Translations under genes and position numbers: made by a program
Part shown: positions 49,620-60,087 of the stretch, in pieces
How positions within the stretch are numbered: the first letter of the stretch is position 1
Layout: each line of letters starts with the position of its first letter
The notes under the pieces: generated by a model
Seen by the model: only the letters and a program-made list of their open reading frames with translations
Database searches by the model: none
What the model was told of the DNA's origin: nothing
IMG/VR virus record: IMGVR_UViG_3300050190_000082
Location: 64,001 to 128,000 of that record
DNA length: 64,000 nt
Reading direction: 5' to 3' (one strand)
From: a virus

Positions 49620-50540
49620 ATGACAGAAAAGTATGAACAATTAAAATGGGATATTGTATGTACTGGAAATGAGGTAATGATTTCAGACACAACAATTAAA
49701 ATTCAAGAGATATATGGAGGATTTGGTCAAGGACAGAAAATACTAACAGTACAACAAATTGCTTTATTACACGTAGAAGATCCAAGTAACAAAGAAGAGG
49801 TTAGAGTTAAGGTAAAAAGAATTAACGAGCTTATTAGTAATAATATAATTCTAGGCAGTGGTGACAAATACTTCGAATTTGGAATTGATATTATTGACTT
49901 AAAATCCGTGGACGTTTCAAACGACCACAAAAAAGTGATTAATAGTTTGATTAAAAGCAAGGTATATACCCAAAATTCTGTAAATCGTGCTACGAATTTA
50001 TTTATATTGTCAGAACAAGGGTATTCTCTATTAATCAATCTAATGACAGATACTAAATCTAAAATTGTTTATAAAATGGTAATTAGGGATTACTTTAAAA
50101 TTAAAGATCAAATGCTTAGTAGTGAAGACGCTGCTCAGTATATGATGAGACTTTTGGGAAAACAAGAGAGAAAGAAAACGACTGATATGATTCAGTATTT
50201 TGTAGAGCGTGGTGATATTCCACATGATCCTAAAAATATTAAAAGGAACGCTTACGCAAGGGAAACGAACTTTGTTTATAAATTGCTATTTGGTATGACT
50301 GCTAAAGAAATTGAGTCATACTTTGGCTTAACGCTTAAACCCAATGACACTATTAGGAATCATATATCACTAGATGATATAGATATTATACGGGATATTG
50401 AAGGAAGAATTGGATATATGCAACAAGACAATAAAAGCTACCAAGAAATACACAGTAGATTAAAGGAGTTGCACCCGTTGCCTAGAAGACCAATACTTGC
50501 AGATAAAAATATAGCATTTATTAGAAGGTTAATTGGATAG
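49620..50540 (+). CDS. ORF6N-domain antirepressor-like DNA-binding protein
   Basis: GGFGQGQKILTVQQIALLH...INELI.NN...GIDIIDLK...FILSEQGYSLL; sigma-A promoter TTGTAA-17-TATAAT at 49494-49522; track start 49563. Confidence 0.7.
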   Translation: MTEKYEQLKWDIVCTGNEVMISDTTIKIQEIYGGFGQGQKILTVQQIALLHVEDPSNKEEVRVKVKRINELISNNIILGSGDKYFEFGIDIIDLKSVDVSNDHKKVINSLIKSKVYTQNSVNRATNLFILSEQGYSLLINLMTDTKSKIVYKMVIRDYFKIKDQMLSSEDAAQYMMRLLGKQERKKTTDMIQYFVERGDIPHDPKNIKRNAYARETNFVYKLLFGMTAKEIESYFGLTLKPNDTIRNHISLDDIDIIRDIEGRIGYMQQDNKSYQEIHSRLKELHPLPRRPILADKNIAFIRRLIG

Positions 50541-50785
50541 TAACCAAACGAGATGATATCATTCATTTATAGAGACTTCAGTTGGATGAAGTCTCTTTCC
50601 TTTATCACTTTTCATCACAAATTCAACCTTCTAAGCCACGCAAAATTCAATACTACACAATCTTACCCTTAATGAATTTGAATTGATTTGAGGGTTGATT
50701 TAGTGAATATGTAATTCTGAAAGTCGCATGGGAGTAGGGTTTGAGAGGAGGGGGTTTTTAGGAAAGTGGTGAGATGATGGTATGA

Positions 50786-51880
50786 TTATTCCTCTTCTTT
50801 AACTTCTTCCTCAATAACCTCTCTGTTAGTTTCAATAACTTTCATTTTCTTTAACATTCCATTCTTTTCTTCGGCAAATGTTCTCAAGTCATAGAAACTG
50901 GATGTGGTGCTAATGTCATTATGTTGTCCTATATGTTTACTAACAAATTTTAAATCCATTCCACCTGCCAAGTAATGACTTATAGCTGAAGCTTTAAATA
51001 AATGCGGATTTATTCTTCGTCCTAAAATATCAGATAAAACATTTGCACACAAATCATCAGCCCATCCTAAAGATATTTGATGATATTCTCCATTAAATTT
51101 CACTGTAAATAGATACTCATGTTCATACCCTCTTTTTTCAACCCATAAGTTTAAGTAATACAAAACTGCTACAGGCACTATATACTCGCATTGCTTTCCA
51201 TCCTCACTAGGGCCTTTCTCGCGTACTGTATTTGACATTACATATTCTTGACCTTCTTCTACTGGTTTAGATATAATCTCGGTTTTAAAACCTCTAAGAC
51301 CACCTCTTCTAGCACCAGTATTAAATGCACACGCTACCCATGCAACTGCAAGGTAATTTTTATCTTCCATAAGAGTGTCTATTAAAAGTTTATATTCTAT
51401 TTCTGATATTGCAATTTTATTATAGACATAATTCTTAGGAATTTTAATGTCTGTTTTTGTGAAGTTATGAAAAGTCTTATACTCATCTACTTCCTCTGAT
51501 AGAATTCTTTCTGCATATTCACAAATTGTACTTACAGAACTTTTCTTGAATCTTATACCTGAACTAGACATACCTCTATTAATTAAATAACTCAAATATC
51601 TATTAAAATCTCTCTTAGTAATATTAAAAAATGCCTTATCATTTAAACATGTTTTAACCCACCATGTGAACTGTTTGATTCCACTCCGATACTGATCTTT
51701 AGTTTGTTTTGATAAGAGAGGATGCATTTCTTGAAATTCTTTAATGAGTTTTAAATTCTCTTCATTGCATTCTTCAAACATCTCATTTGTTACTTCTGGC
51801 AATTTATCTGGTCTTGCTCTGAGCATATTTTTATTGATTATTGCTTTTGGGATTGAGGTAGCTTTTTCCGCGTCTGACAT
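50786..51880 (-). CDS. tyrosine recombinase (integrase family) embedded in the tail-gene region
   Basis: TGARR (R), REKG (K), INPHLFK (HxxR variant), GQH, FYD (Y). Confidence 0.85.
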   Translation of the reverse strand: MSDAEKATSIPKAIINKNMLRARPDKLPEVTNEMFEECNEENLKLIKEFQEMHPLLSKQTKDQYRSGIKQFTWWVKTCLNDKAFFNITKRDFNRYLSYLINRGMSSSGIRFKKSSVSTICEYAERILSEEVDEYKTFHNFTKTDIKIPKNYVYNKIAISEIEYKLLIDTLMEDKNYLAVAWVACAFNTGARRGGLRGFKTEIISKPVEEGQEYVMSNTVREKGPSEDGKQCEYIVPVAVLYYLNLWVEKRGYEHEYLFTVKFNGEYHQISLGWADDLCANVLSDILGRRINPHLFKASAISHYLAGGMDLKFVSKHIGQHNDISTTSSFYDLRTFAEEKNGMLKKMKVIETNREVIEEEVKEEE

Positions 51881-53550
51881 TAATTCACCATCCTTAGTTT
51901 ATTTACTATATATTTAGCTTTATCTGTTCTTATTTTTGTTGCGGTTATTTTATTGAAACCATTTTTACAATTAATCAAATCAGAGAGATATAATAATTCT
52001 TGCTCTTGAATAATAAAATTAGTGTCCAAACAATACTCATAAAAACACAACCTTGCATCAATATAAGTTCCAAAGTGCTTTTTAGTAGCTTCTGCTAAAC
52101 CAGTAATGTTCCTGTCAAAAGAAGACATCTTTTTATATTCATTATTCTTCAATATGTGATTATAAGTTTCAAGCATGTGCTTAAAACCATCAAATATATT
52201 ATTTTTATTCCATTTATTAACCTGATAAGATGTAAATTTACCGTATTTTTTAGCAAAATTATAATAAGTTCCATATCTCTTCAAAGCTTCTAGAAATAAT
52301 CTGCTTTTGCCATTTTTACTCAACACTCCTTGTGTTGGTAGTATACTTTTGTCGTAACCATATCTCATTATTTCTTGTAACAGTTCTATATCGTTAAATT
52401 TGTTAGGTGGTATTATAATTTCTTGCTCAATATGCTCACATTTTAAGTCTATAAAGTCTTTAAAAATATCCTTTAAACTAATCAAAATGTCATTGTAATG
52501 TTGTTTGTAAAACGTTTCATAATCTATACTTATCAATCTATAATTATTATCCTTATATAGTTTCTCCTTTAATTTACGTTTATTATTATAAACAATCCCT
52601 CTTTTAGTAACGTCATCATCCTTTGGAAAGCCCCATACCTCTATTTGAATAATTTCTCCACTAGATAAATGAATAGCAAAATCACTTCTATAATTTTTGT
52701 ATTTACCTTCAAATGGGTGATCTTCTCTAGTATAAAACATGTTGTTAGTTATTAAATACTGTGCTGTCATGTACTCACAAGATGATCTATTATAAAACCC
52801 CCTGTCATCCACCAAGTCATCTTTATCTTCGTAACCCATATCGAATTTAATATTTTTAATACCATCAAATTTAAATAATCGTTCATTAGAAATATGTAAT
52901 ATACTTAAAACTTCCTGCTGTTTTGGAAATCTTCCTAGTTCGATACATAATTCTTTTATATCGTGTTTCATATTATCATAATTGTCATAATAAGTATCTT
53001 CTCTTTCAAACCTTAGTAGTTTTGTATAGTCGTATCCTAATTCAATGCATAAATCCTTAATATTCTCACCATAATCTTGCATGACAGTATGTAGTATAGA
53101 GCCTTCTTTATTATTTTGAATACCATGAATAGTTTCATATTTATCTATATATATTTTCAGTTCTTTCAATCTATTCTCTTTGAATGTCCAATATCCTTTA
53201 TCATTTCTTGTTAAAACATTATTGTTAAATTTATATTCTATTATTTCTCTTTTTTTTAATTGGACACAGTTAATACAACAATATTTTTTAATAATATCAT
53301 TTACTGTTAAACTTTTAAAATAATCTTTATAAGTTATTTGTTTTTCTCCACCGCAATAATCACACTTTACTTCTACTAAATTTTTAGATGATGGTGTTAA
53401 GTGTTCCACTTTTATTAGTATTCTCGATCCTCTTTTATATGTCATTTTCTTCGTATATTTATTATAGAACCTTGGCTTATATCCTAACTCTTCTAATCTG
53501 TTAATATTCTCTGGGTTAATACCCATTTCTACCTCTGTACTAATTAACAT
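51880..53550 (-). CDS. free-standing zinc-ribbon + PD-(D/E)xK nuclease-like protein
   Basis: VEVKCDYCG...CCINC; RSSCE...RSDFAI...IQIEVWG...Y..KRKLKEKLY; stop overlaps the recombinase ATG (TAATG). Confidence 0.7.
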   Translation of the reverse strand: MLISTEVEMGINPENINRLEELGYKPRFYNKYTKKMTYKRGSRILIKVEHLTPSSKNLVEVKCDYCGGEKQITYKDYFKSLTVNDIIKKYCCINCVQLKKREIIEYKFNNNVLTRNDKGYWTFKENRLKELKIYIDKYETIHGIQNNKEGSILHTVMQDYGENIKDLCIELGYDYTKLLRFEREDTYYDNYDNMKHDIKELCIELGRFPKQQEVLSILHISNERLFKFDGIKNIKFDMGYEDKDDLVDDRGFYNRSSCEYMTAQYLITNNMFYTREDHPFEGKYKNYRSDFAIHLSSGEIIQIEVWGFPKDDDVTKRGIVYNNKRKLKEKLYKDNNYRLISIDYETFYKQHYNDILISLKDIFKDFIDLKCEHIEQEIIIPPNKFNDIELLQEIMRYGYDKSILPTQGVLSKNGKSRLFLEALKRYGTYYNFAKKYGKFTSYQVNKWNKNNIFDGFKHMLETYNHILKNNEYKKMSSFDRNITGLAEATKKHFGTYIDARLCFYEYCLDTNFIIQEQELLYLSDLINCKNGFNKITATKIRTDKAKYIVNKLRMVN

Positions 53551-53554
53551 TTAC

Positions 53555-53640
53555 AAACATCTCCTTTAATATTGTCCTTAAAAAGTAAAGCAGGAAGGCG
53601 TTAAGGAAAACGCTTTTCGTGTAGCTATTCACTATCCTGC
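53555..53640 (-). promoter_or_regulatory. structured RNA leader L5
   Basis: P1 GCAGGA/UCCUGC; P2 GUG-aauagcua-CAC; GAAAA linker; P3 GCG-uuuuccuuaa-CGC; pseudoknot with UAAGGA (53575-53580); 3' part nearly identical to L2. Confidence 0.72.
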
Positions 53641-53715
53641 AATTGTGCTAATTTATTGCACAACAAAAAAGACACTCTAATGAATGTCTCAAGTTCTAAA
53701 ATAAATTATTATTTA

Positions 53716-54228
53716 CTATTTGGTTTTTTTATCTTTTAATAATTTCTTTGCTTTCTTACGCTCTCTTTGCCCTTTTTCAATAATGCTATATTCCTGCCAC
53801 CCATTATCCAACGTACAATGTCCAATCCAACGATAATCAATTTCAGGGAATTTGTAGTGGAATAGCTTTTTTTTGAGCTTGGCTACTGGATCTATCATTC
53901 CCCCTTTGACATCCCAGACAATTACTGAATTATCAGAGTAGGTAAGAACATAGTCAGCAACATAATTTACAGCTAAAATATTTTTATCATTGTATTTATA
54001 TTTAGGTTGTAATTCATATTTGATTTGTCTTTTGCAATCTATAATTGATCTATCTTCTAATCCTATTTCTATTACTTCTTTATAAAAACGCATCTCAAGC
54101 AAACTATCATACTGAACTCCTTTATATGTACGCTTTAATTTCCCTTCGTCACTAAGGTCAACATGAAATTTACTATACTTTTTCTTCTTAGCTATTTTAA
54201 ACACTCCTAATATTATAAATAAAGGCAT
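53716..54228 (-). CDS. DUF1064-family PD-(D/E)xK nuclease
   Basis: YDSLLE.RFY...RQIKYELQPK...YVADY...VWDVKG...KLKKKLF. Confidence 0.75.
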   Translation of the reverse strand: MPLFIILGVFKIAKKKKYSKFHVDLSDEGKLKRTYKGVQYDSLLEMRFYKEVIEIGLEDRSIIDCKRQIKYELQPKYKYNDKNILAVNYVADYVLTYSDNSVIVWDVKGGMIDPVAKLKKKLFHYKFPEIDYRWIGHCTLDNGWQEYSIIEKGQRERKKAKKLLKDKKTK

Positions 54229-54271
54229 GTCATTATAAACGCACCTTTATTATATATAATCCACAATTCTA

Positions 54272-55030
54272 TCAAATTAGTTCTTTATTGCTACCACCAT
54301 CTAGTAACTTTCCATATTTAACATTCAGTTGGTGCTTCACATAATCATATTTGAACCCCAATGCAGTCAAAGCTGTTACAATTGTTTCTGCTTCATCTAC
54401 TATTTTTAATTCTTCTTGAGTCAAATAATCTCTTGTTAAATCACTTTTCTTATTTATATTTCTAGTTTCTCTTATCTTTTTAGCAGTCATATTAAATAAA
54501 ATCTTATAAACCATATCTGTATAATTAGAATAAGTAAAATGTTTTGCATTTGGGATGTAAGTTTGAATGCTAGATGTCATCCTCTTTCTATCTATTTTAG
54601 ATACTTCTCTTTGTAAATTCCATTCTTCTTTTTTCTTTAAGAATACCTGTGCTAAAACGTCTTTAGCTTTCATTTGATATTCTACTAATCTCTCAACAAC
54701 TTCAGATTGTTTTTTAATCATATTAGGAGTAATTGAAATTTTTGCTAAGAATAAAGGTAAATAATCTAGTTCCATACATAAAGATTGCTGATTACCACCC
54801 TTTGTAGGGAGTTGCAAATTTGCAATACCTCTCATTAGTACAGTATCATCTTGAACTTTTCTAGTAAAACTTTGCCATTGACCTTCTGTCATTCCAATTC
54901 CCATATAGATTGGTTTAAGCCCAACATAAGTTTTATTTTGTTTTATATGTTGTACCACTAATATTTGATCTCCTAGAAATTCGATTTCGGCAACTTTAAA
55001 ATCACCTAGTTTTACTAATTCATTTTTCAC
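54272..55030 (-). CDS. phage antirepressor (P22 Ant N-terminal-like domain)
   Basis: IEFLGDQIL...YVGLKPI..GIG...GGNQQSLCMELDYLPLFLAKI...EYQMKAKDVL; C-terminal domain shared with 49620..50540. Confidence 0.75.
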   Translation of the reverse strand: MKNELVKLGDFKVAEIEFLGDQILVVQHIKQNKTYVGLKPIYMGIGMTEGQWQSFTRKVQDDTVLMRGIANLQLPTKGGNQQSLCMELDYLPLFLAKISITPNMIKKQSEVVERLVEYQMKAKDVLAQVFLKKKEEWNLQREVSKIDRKRMTSSIQTYIPNAKHFTYSNYTDMVYKILFNMTAKKIRETRNINKKSDLTRDYLTQEELKIVDEAETIVTALTALGFKYDYVKHQLNVKYGKLLDGGSNKELI

Positions 55031-55034
55031 AATG

Positions 55035-55103
55035 AATCTCCTTGCTCATTTTATTGTGGAAGTACGAGCAATACTTATCAGTGCGTTTATAGCAACCTAT
55101 CCT
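55035..55103 (-). promoter_or_regulatory. structured RNA leader L6
   Basis: GGA-ua-P2(GGUUGC..GCACU)-gaua-P3(AGUA-uugcucg-UACU)-UCC; loop UUGCUC pairs with GAGCAA (55042-55047) abutting the SD GGAG. Confidence 0.62.
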
Positions 55104-55188
55104 TGTATCATCTTTGTGACACAACAAAAAACACCTCTTGAGTAGAAGAGATGTATTTTAGTCAATCACAAATATTCACTTATATTCC

Positions 55189-55722
55189 TTATAATTCCCA
55201 CAAATTATGATTCTCTGTTAACCTAACTTCTGTGCTAAATGACAATCCAGTAGGAGTCACATCCCCAGCATCCCTATCACTTCTTAAAATAATTCCTTCA
55301 TCTCGATAGCTCATATCTACAAGTGCAGAGCATATAATTTTCCCATGTTCTTCCCATAAATCTGGAATTCTTTTTAATCCTATTAATTCTCTTAATCCAT
55401 TTAAAGCAAACCCAACGTCTTGTAAATAATCATATTTTTCTCCAATATGGGACTTTGCATAATTAACTGCTTTTTGTCTTTGCTCATCTGTAATATTTAC
55501 TACAGAAAATACTGCGTAGCGTTCATAATGAATAGGATTTTCTACTACCCCATTTGGCATTGCTTCAATAATTGTGTTCTCTCCTGAAACTATTGCAGAA
55601 TGAGCAAAACTTCCTTGTTCCCCTGTCATAATAATTTCTGATATTGGATTATTATCTTGAGTCAGTATAAAATCACCTGCTTTTGCCATTTTGTCCATCA
55701 CCTCTTTATTAACATTAATCAT
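55189..55722 (-). CDS. YiiX/YaeF-like permuted papain-fold (NlpC/P60) enzyme
   Basis: GDFILT...FAHSAIV...IIEA...GEKYDY...IICSALVDMSY...VTPTGL. Confidence 0.75.
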   Translation of the reverse strand: MINVNKEVMDKMAKAGDFILTQDNNPISEIIMTGEQGSFAHSAIVSGENTIIEAMPNGVVENPIHYERYAVFSVVNITDEQRQKAVNYAKSHIGEKYDYLQDVGFALNGLRELIGLKRIPDLWEEHGKIICSALVDMSYRDEGIILRSDRDAGDVTPTGLSFSTEVRLTENHNLWEL

Positions 55723-55821
55723 TTAAAACTGGACTTTGATTGGGATTGTTTAATGTAAAAGGGATAAAAAAAGAGAAGTGAGTAGGAGTTTTAATTCCTC
55801 TCCTTCTCTTTAATAGGATTA

Positions 55822-56166
55822 TTATTTAGTTGCTTTATACTGACTATACAAAACAGCAAAAGTACAATTTTTATTAGCATCAGTAATCACTGGATTTTCA
55901 ATAATCTCATCTAAACGGAAAATTAAATTCTGATCAATTACTCCATTACATTCGAATAAGGTTATGCTTTGTAATTTCATAATCGCAGTTTTTGTTTCGT
56001 CATTGTAAAATCCGTTTTCCTCTAATTTAGATTCGTTGATTCCAATTTGATTCAATTGTTGCTGAATTTGCAATACTTGTTTTGAAAAAGGAATATCAAG
56101 TATATTTTCCACTACTTTTAATATCTCTCCTGCAACTCCAGCAACTTTCTTATTTGCTTTTACCAT
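55822..56166 (-). CDS. peptidoglycan-binding-domain (PG_binding_1)-like protein
   Basis: VLQIQQQLNQIG....L.ENGFY..ETKTAIMKLQ.......NGVID. Confidence 0.55.
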   Translation of the reverse strand: MVKANKKVAGVAGEILKVVENILDIPFSKQVLQIQQQLNQIGINESKLEENGFYNDETKTAIMKLQSITLFECNGVIDQNLIFRLDEIIENPVITDANKNCTFAVLYSQYKATK

Positions 56167-56232
56167 AAATTTACCTCATTATCTTAGGAGAGACAACGGG
56201 TAATCTCTCCTAATCGTTTACTAAAATGTTAT

Positions 56233-56952
56233 TTATGCCACTACTCTAGGAACGGTAATATATTGACCAAAATCATTACTATTTAATGGCGTTGTTAACA
56301 TGAAGTTTAGCGGAATTACTGCTTCTTTACCTGGAGCAAAGGAGGCTGACATATTACCATCACATGTAGCTTGGTAGAAGTTAAGGTAAATATCACTTAT
56401 AATAGCTTGGGTTGCAGGTGAATATGCTATACTATGAGCAAATATTTTATAAGCTTTAGGGAACTTGTCTGCACTCAAATTCGTAATATTACCTGTTACA
56501 AGAGAATCATAAACTACTGTTACCCAACCATCCTCTGGAGGCGTTGTTACTGTTATTTCTTTAAGGGCAACAGTTCCAGAATATTGTTTATTTTGAGCAT
56601 CAAAAATCGTAGCAGTTGTTCCAGAAGGGGTTCCAACTACAGTTACTACGCCACCAACCATTTGTAATTTTTCATTAATTTTAACTGTCGCCGTTCCACT
56701 TGAGTCCGTTGTACCAGACAAAATAGAAATTAAACTATCTCCCCAAAAAAGAGGTTCTACTGAGAATGTTTGCTCATTACTATCTTGTAATACATACTTA
56801 GGCATGTTGCCAATTCCACCCCGTAGAATGGTGCTAGTTAATTTTTTGACCCAATCTGTTTTTGAGTTGATCCCTAAGAAAAACACATTTGCAGGAGTTT
56901 GGATATCTACGAGAAATACCTCAAATACGTCTTTTAATACAATATTGTCCAT
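56233..56952 (-). CDS. major tail (tube) protein
   Basis: LRGGIGN...SADKFPKAYKI...GNMSASF pattern; position. Confidence 0.65.
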   Translation of the reverse strand: MDNIVLKDVFEVFLVDIQTPANVFFLGINSKTDWVKKLTSTILRGGIGNMPKYVLQDSNEQTFSVEPLFWGDSLISILSGTTDSSGTATVKINEKLQMVGGVVTVVGTPSGTTATIFDAQNKQYSGTVALKEITVTTPPEDGWVTVVYDSLVTGNITNLSADKFPKAYKIFAHSIAYSPATQAIISDIYLNFYQATCDGNMSASFAPGKEAVIPLNFMLTTPLNSNDFGQYITVPRVVA

Positions 56953-56974
56953 TATTTACTTTCCCCCTTATTTT

Positions 56975-57748
56975 TTATTTATGATTATCTTTATGATTAT
57001 CTATGTTAGAAATAATCCCCTTTTGTTCAGGATTATCTTTCACCATGTTTAAATGACTTCCAATAAATTTCTTATCTGTTTCATCTAACTTTGTCTTTTC
57101 CACTGATAAATCCGCATACCATGGAGTTATTTTCATTTTCTCTGCACTAACAGTCTGATATAGCGTACCAGTATTATAATTTTTGTTATTTGAAATAGTA
57201 GTAAAGTATTCATGAAGACTATATATTGAAATATCTAAAACATTATCTTTATATAATCCTACATTCATAACCATACTTTTGAAAGTGATAACTTCACCTT
57301 TACGCTCTTTTGCAATTTGTTCTAATTTATTGAAATACTCTAATTCTGGATTTAAACAAGGTTTTTCGAAAGCAATATTATTCATATCTTTAATTAATTT
57401 TACATAAAAATCTAATTCTTCATCAGTTTTTACTAAATCAAAACTACCTTTATTAATAAAACAAAAATCAAATAAATTATTGTATCCTTCAAGTAAACCA
57501 AGCCATTCCACACTTCTAATAATTTCAATAAATGACATTTCATTTAAAAGCGATATAGCTTCATCTATTCCAATAGTACCTATGTTATTTTCTTTTACAA
57601 ATTGAATTGCTTTTAATTTCCCAAGTTGCAGAATTGAGGAAAGCATAAGAATTTTTTCATATTCCCTTACCTTTACAAATCGACACATTCCTATTCCAGT
57701 TTCAACTGGATTATCTAAAAACCATAATTCTTTGAACGTCACTATCAC
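56975..57748 (-). CDS. hypothetical tail-region protein
   Basis: ORF track; position. Confidence 0.55.
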   Translation of the reverse strand: MIVTFKELWFLDNPVETGIGMCRFVKVREYEKILMLSSILQLGKLKAIQFVKENNIGTIGIDEAISLLNEMSFIEIIRSVEWLGLLEGYNNLFDFCFINKGSFDLVKTDEELDFYVKLIKDMNNIAFEKPCLNPELEYFNKLEQIAKERKGEVITFKSMVMNVGLYKDNVLDISIYSLHEYFTTISNNKNYNTGTLYQTVSAEKMKITPWYADLSVEKTKLDETDKKFIGSHLNMVKDNPEQKGIISNIDNHKDNHK

Positions 57749-57772
57749 CTCTTTATGATTAAAAATGGAACA

Positions 57773-58291
57773 TTATACACACGCAAACTCATTAGTTTTA
57801 TAAGCAATACAAACTCCAGAATAATTTTCATTTACCACAAATTCATATGTTTCATAAAATGGCAACTTGCCAATCCCTAAATCTCTTGATGAAATAAAAG
57901 AATCTTTAAGTTCTAAATCTTGTTCTGAGTTGAATGATTGATCAATATAATCTAAAATCATATCATAGCGCAAAGACCCATAATCAGTCTTAATTAATGA
58001 ATTGTGGCAAATAATGTAGAAAAAGATTGACCCATTTTTAAAAGTTATACCATTCGGTTTGTAATTAAATTGCATGGTTATAAAACTTTTAGCAGTAGTA
58101 TCTGGTGTGGGTACAAATTTAAATGGATATATAAAATCGTAGACCAAAGATGATAAATCAAAATTATCAGGTATTGGTGTATCTAGACAATTGCCTTCAG
58201 AATTGATAAGGCATTTTACTAGAGATTCATTTGTCACTAATTTCATTATAATATCCATTTTATTTTTACTTAATGTTGAGAATCTACCCAA
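57773..58291 (-). CDS. putative tail terminator/completion protein
   Basis: IYPFKFVP...FYIICH...RYDMILDYID..FN...GIGKL pattern; position. Confidence 0.55.
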   Translation of the reverse strand: MGRFSTLSKNKMDIIMKLVTNESLVKCLINSEGNCLDTPIPDNFDLSSLVYDFIYPFKFVPTPDTTAKSFITMQFNYKPNGITFKNGSIFFYIICHNSLIKTDYGSLRYDMILDYIDQSFNSEQDLELKDSFISSRDLGIGKLPFYETYEFVVNENYSGVCIAYKTNEFACV

Positions 58292-58306
58292 TTATTTATT
58301 CACCTC

Positions 58307-59572
58307 TTACATGAGTGATTTCGTCTGTATAGTAAATTCGTCATAAATACTAACATCATCTGATTTACTAGCCCTAATAGTGATATATTTATTTATATAA
58401 TTTGAATTACTTGTAGTTTTTAGAGTAATACTACTTACAGTTTGACTAACAACACTTACATAAATATTGCTTGATAAATCTTGATTACTAATATTCCATA
58501 CAACTGATTTACTAGCATCCGCAACACCATTGTTGAACACAGTGGAAGTCAATGTTAAATTAGCACCCAATTTAACTGTTGAATTTCCTGTAATACTAAC
58601 AGTATAATTATCAGCAATTACAGCACTTTGCACAGTTATATTTATTGAAGCTGAAACTCCATTATAAGCAACAGTTATTGTAGATACCCCCTCAGAAATG
58701 CAGGTAATTATTCCATTATTAACAGTTGCAATTAATGGATTTGAAGAGACATATGATAGTATAGGAGATGTAACTTGAACAGTATTATCAGTGCATACAA
58801 TATTTAATGTTATTACATCATTTACATTTTGTGCAGATGAACCATTCAGAATATCAACTAAATAGGTATGCTGACGAGAATAATAATTAGCAATACCTAG
58901 CTCAATATTATCATCATCTATTTTTTGAGTTAACTCCAGTACAAGAGAAATTAATCCTTTATTATTAATTATCTGTGAATAATCATCAACTTCATCTACT
59001 TTATAAACTCTTTTTCCTAAAACAAATCTTTGTCCTTCTATTATAGAATCTGTAATAGAATTATACTGGATATAAATTCTTGACATACCGACAGGCAAAA
59101 TAAAATACGCATCAACATTATTTTTTGTAAATCGTTTAGAAGATTCAATCACACATGGAAATTGTTGAATAGTACCATCAGAGTCAATAAATTTAAGAAA
59201 ACTATTACATTTTTCTATTGTACAAGTTGGTTTATCAGCATTATTTATATCACTTGCAATTGTTAACCAAATTTCATCAATAGAATTAATTGTCATATAA
59301 ACATATTGACCTGTAAAGAAATTTAAGGGAATATCAGATTGAGTAGGTTCTAATGACAATTTTTTCTGATTATCTAATAATTTATATGCTTGACCACTAA
59401 AAACCCAAGAATCGTAGAAGGTGCTAGTACTACCTAAGCCTATTTGCTGATACTCAGGAGCGTCTTTAAAGGTGGAAGAAAATAATTGATCCTTTATATT
59501 TATTCTTTGTTCTCTAATTGTTGAACCATTTATATTGACCTTGTTCTGATACGCAGAAAACCAATCAACCAT
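58307..59572 (-). CDS. head-tail adaptor with C-terminal Ig-like (Big_2) domains
   Basis: SYVSSNPLIATVNNGIIT...EGVSTITV; position (track start 59593). Confidence 0.6.
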   Translation of the reverse strand: MVDWFSAYQNKVNINGSTIREQRINIKDQLFSSTFKDAPEYQQIGLGSTSTFYDSWVFSGQAYKLLDNQKKLSLEPTQSDIPLNFFTGQYVYMTINSIDEIWLTIASDINNADKPTCTIEKCNSFLKFIDSDGTIQQFPCVIESSKRFTKNNVDAYFILPVGMSRIYIQYNSITDSIIEGQRFVLGKRVYKVDEVDDYSQIINNKGLISLVLELTQKIDDDNIELGIANYYSRQHTYLVDILNGSSAQNVNDVITLNIVCTDNTVQVTSPILSYVSSNPLIATVNNGIITCISEGVSTITVAYNGVSASINITVQSAVIADNYTVSITGNSTVKLGANLTLTSTVFNNGVADASKSVVWNISNQDLSSNIYVSVVSQTVSSITLKTTSNSNYINKYITIRASKSDDVSIYDEFTIQTKSLM

Positions 59573-59579
59573 AAAAATG

Positions 59580-60059
59580 TCACCCCTTAGCACCTAAGCC
59601 CTTGAGGGCATTTTGAGTATTCAAATATGTATAGGTTATCATCTTCTGATAAACTTCTTTTCTAGCGTTTTCATATATATTAGATAGTTCTCTTAGATGC
59701 TGACCTTGACTATACATTTTAATTTCTCCATAGATAGCTTGAGCGTATAAACGTTGTTCCTTGATTTTGTCACGAAGAAAGACTAACCCCATAAGATCAA
59801 CAACTATGCCAGATTCCGCAAGTGATAAATCTTGATTAAATTGAGTACTGTCCACATCAATATCATCCATTTTATTAATTACACTTATACCATTATTATA
59901 GACATAATTATAAAATTCCTCACGGGCACGTTTTAATAATATAGTCAGATAATTAGTCAATTGTGTTTGAGAATATTTAGTTGCTAAATCTATAGAACTA
60001 ACTTCAGTCTGAAGAAAGTCATTAAACAAATCACTAAAAAGTGTAGCCAAAATCACCAC
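59580..60059 (-). CDS. head-tail connector/head completion protein
   Basis: position; FNQDLS..E..I....M...F...SQGQHL pattern. Confidence 0.5.
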   Translation of the reverse strand: MVILATLFSDLFNDFLQTEVSSIDLATKYSQTQLTNYLTILLKRAREEFYNYVYNNGISVINKMDDIDVDSTQFNQDLSLAESGIVVDLMGLVFLRDKIKEQRLYAQAIYGEIKMYSQGQHLRELSNIYENARKEVYQKMITYTYLNTQNALKGLGAKG

Positions 60060-60087
60060 CTGCCATTCAATTATTTATCCCTAATTA

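Noticed and set aside
50786-51880. Prophage boundary/att site at the recombinase
   Set aside because: Phage morphogenesis genes continue on both sides, and no host genes or att repeat are evident.
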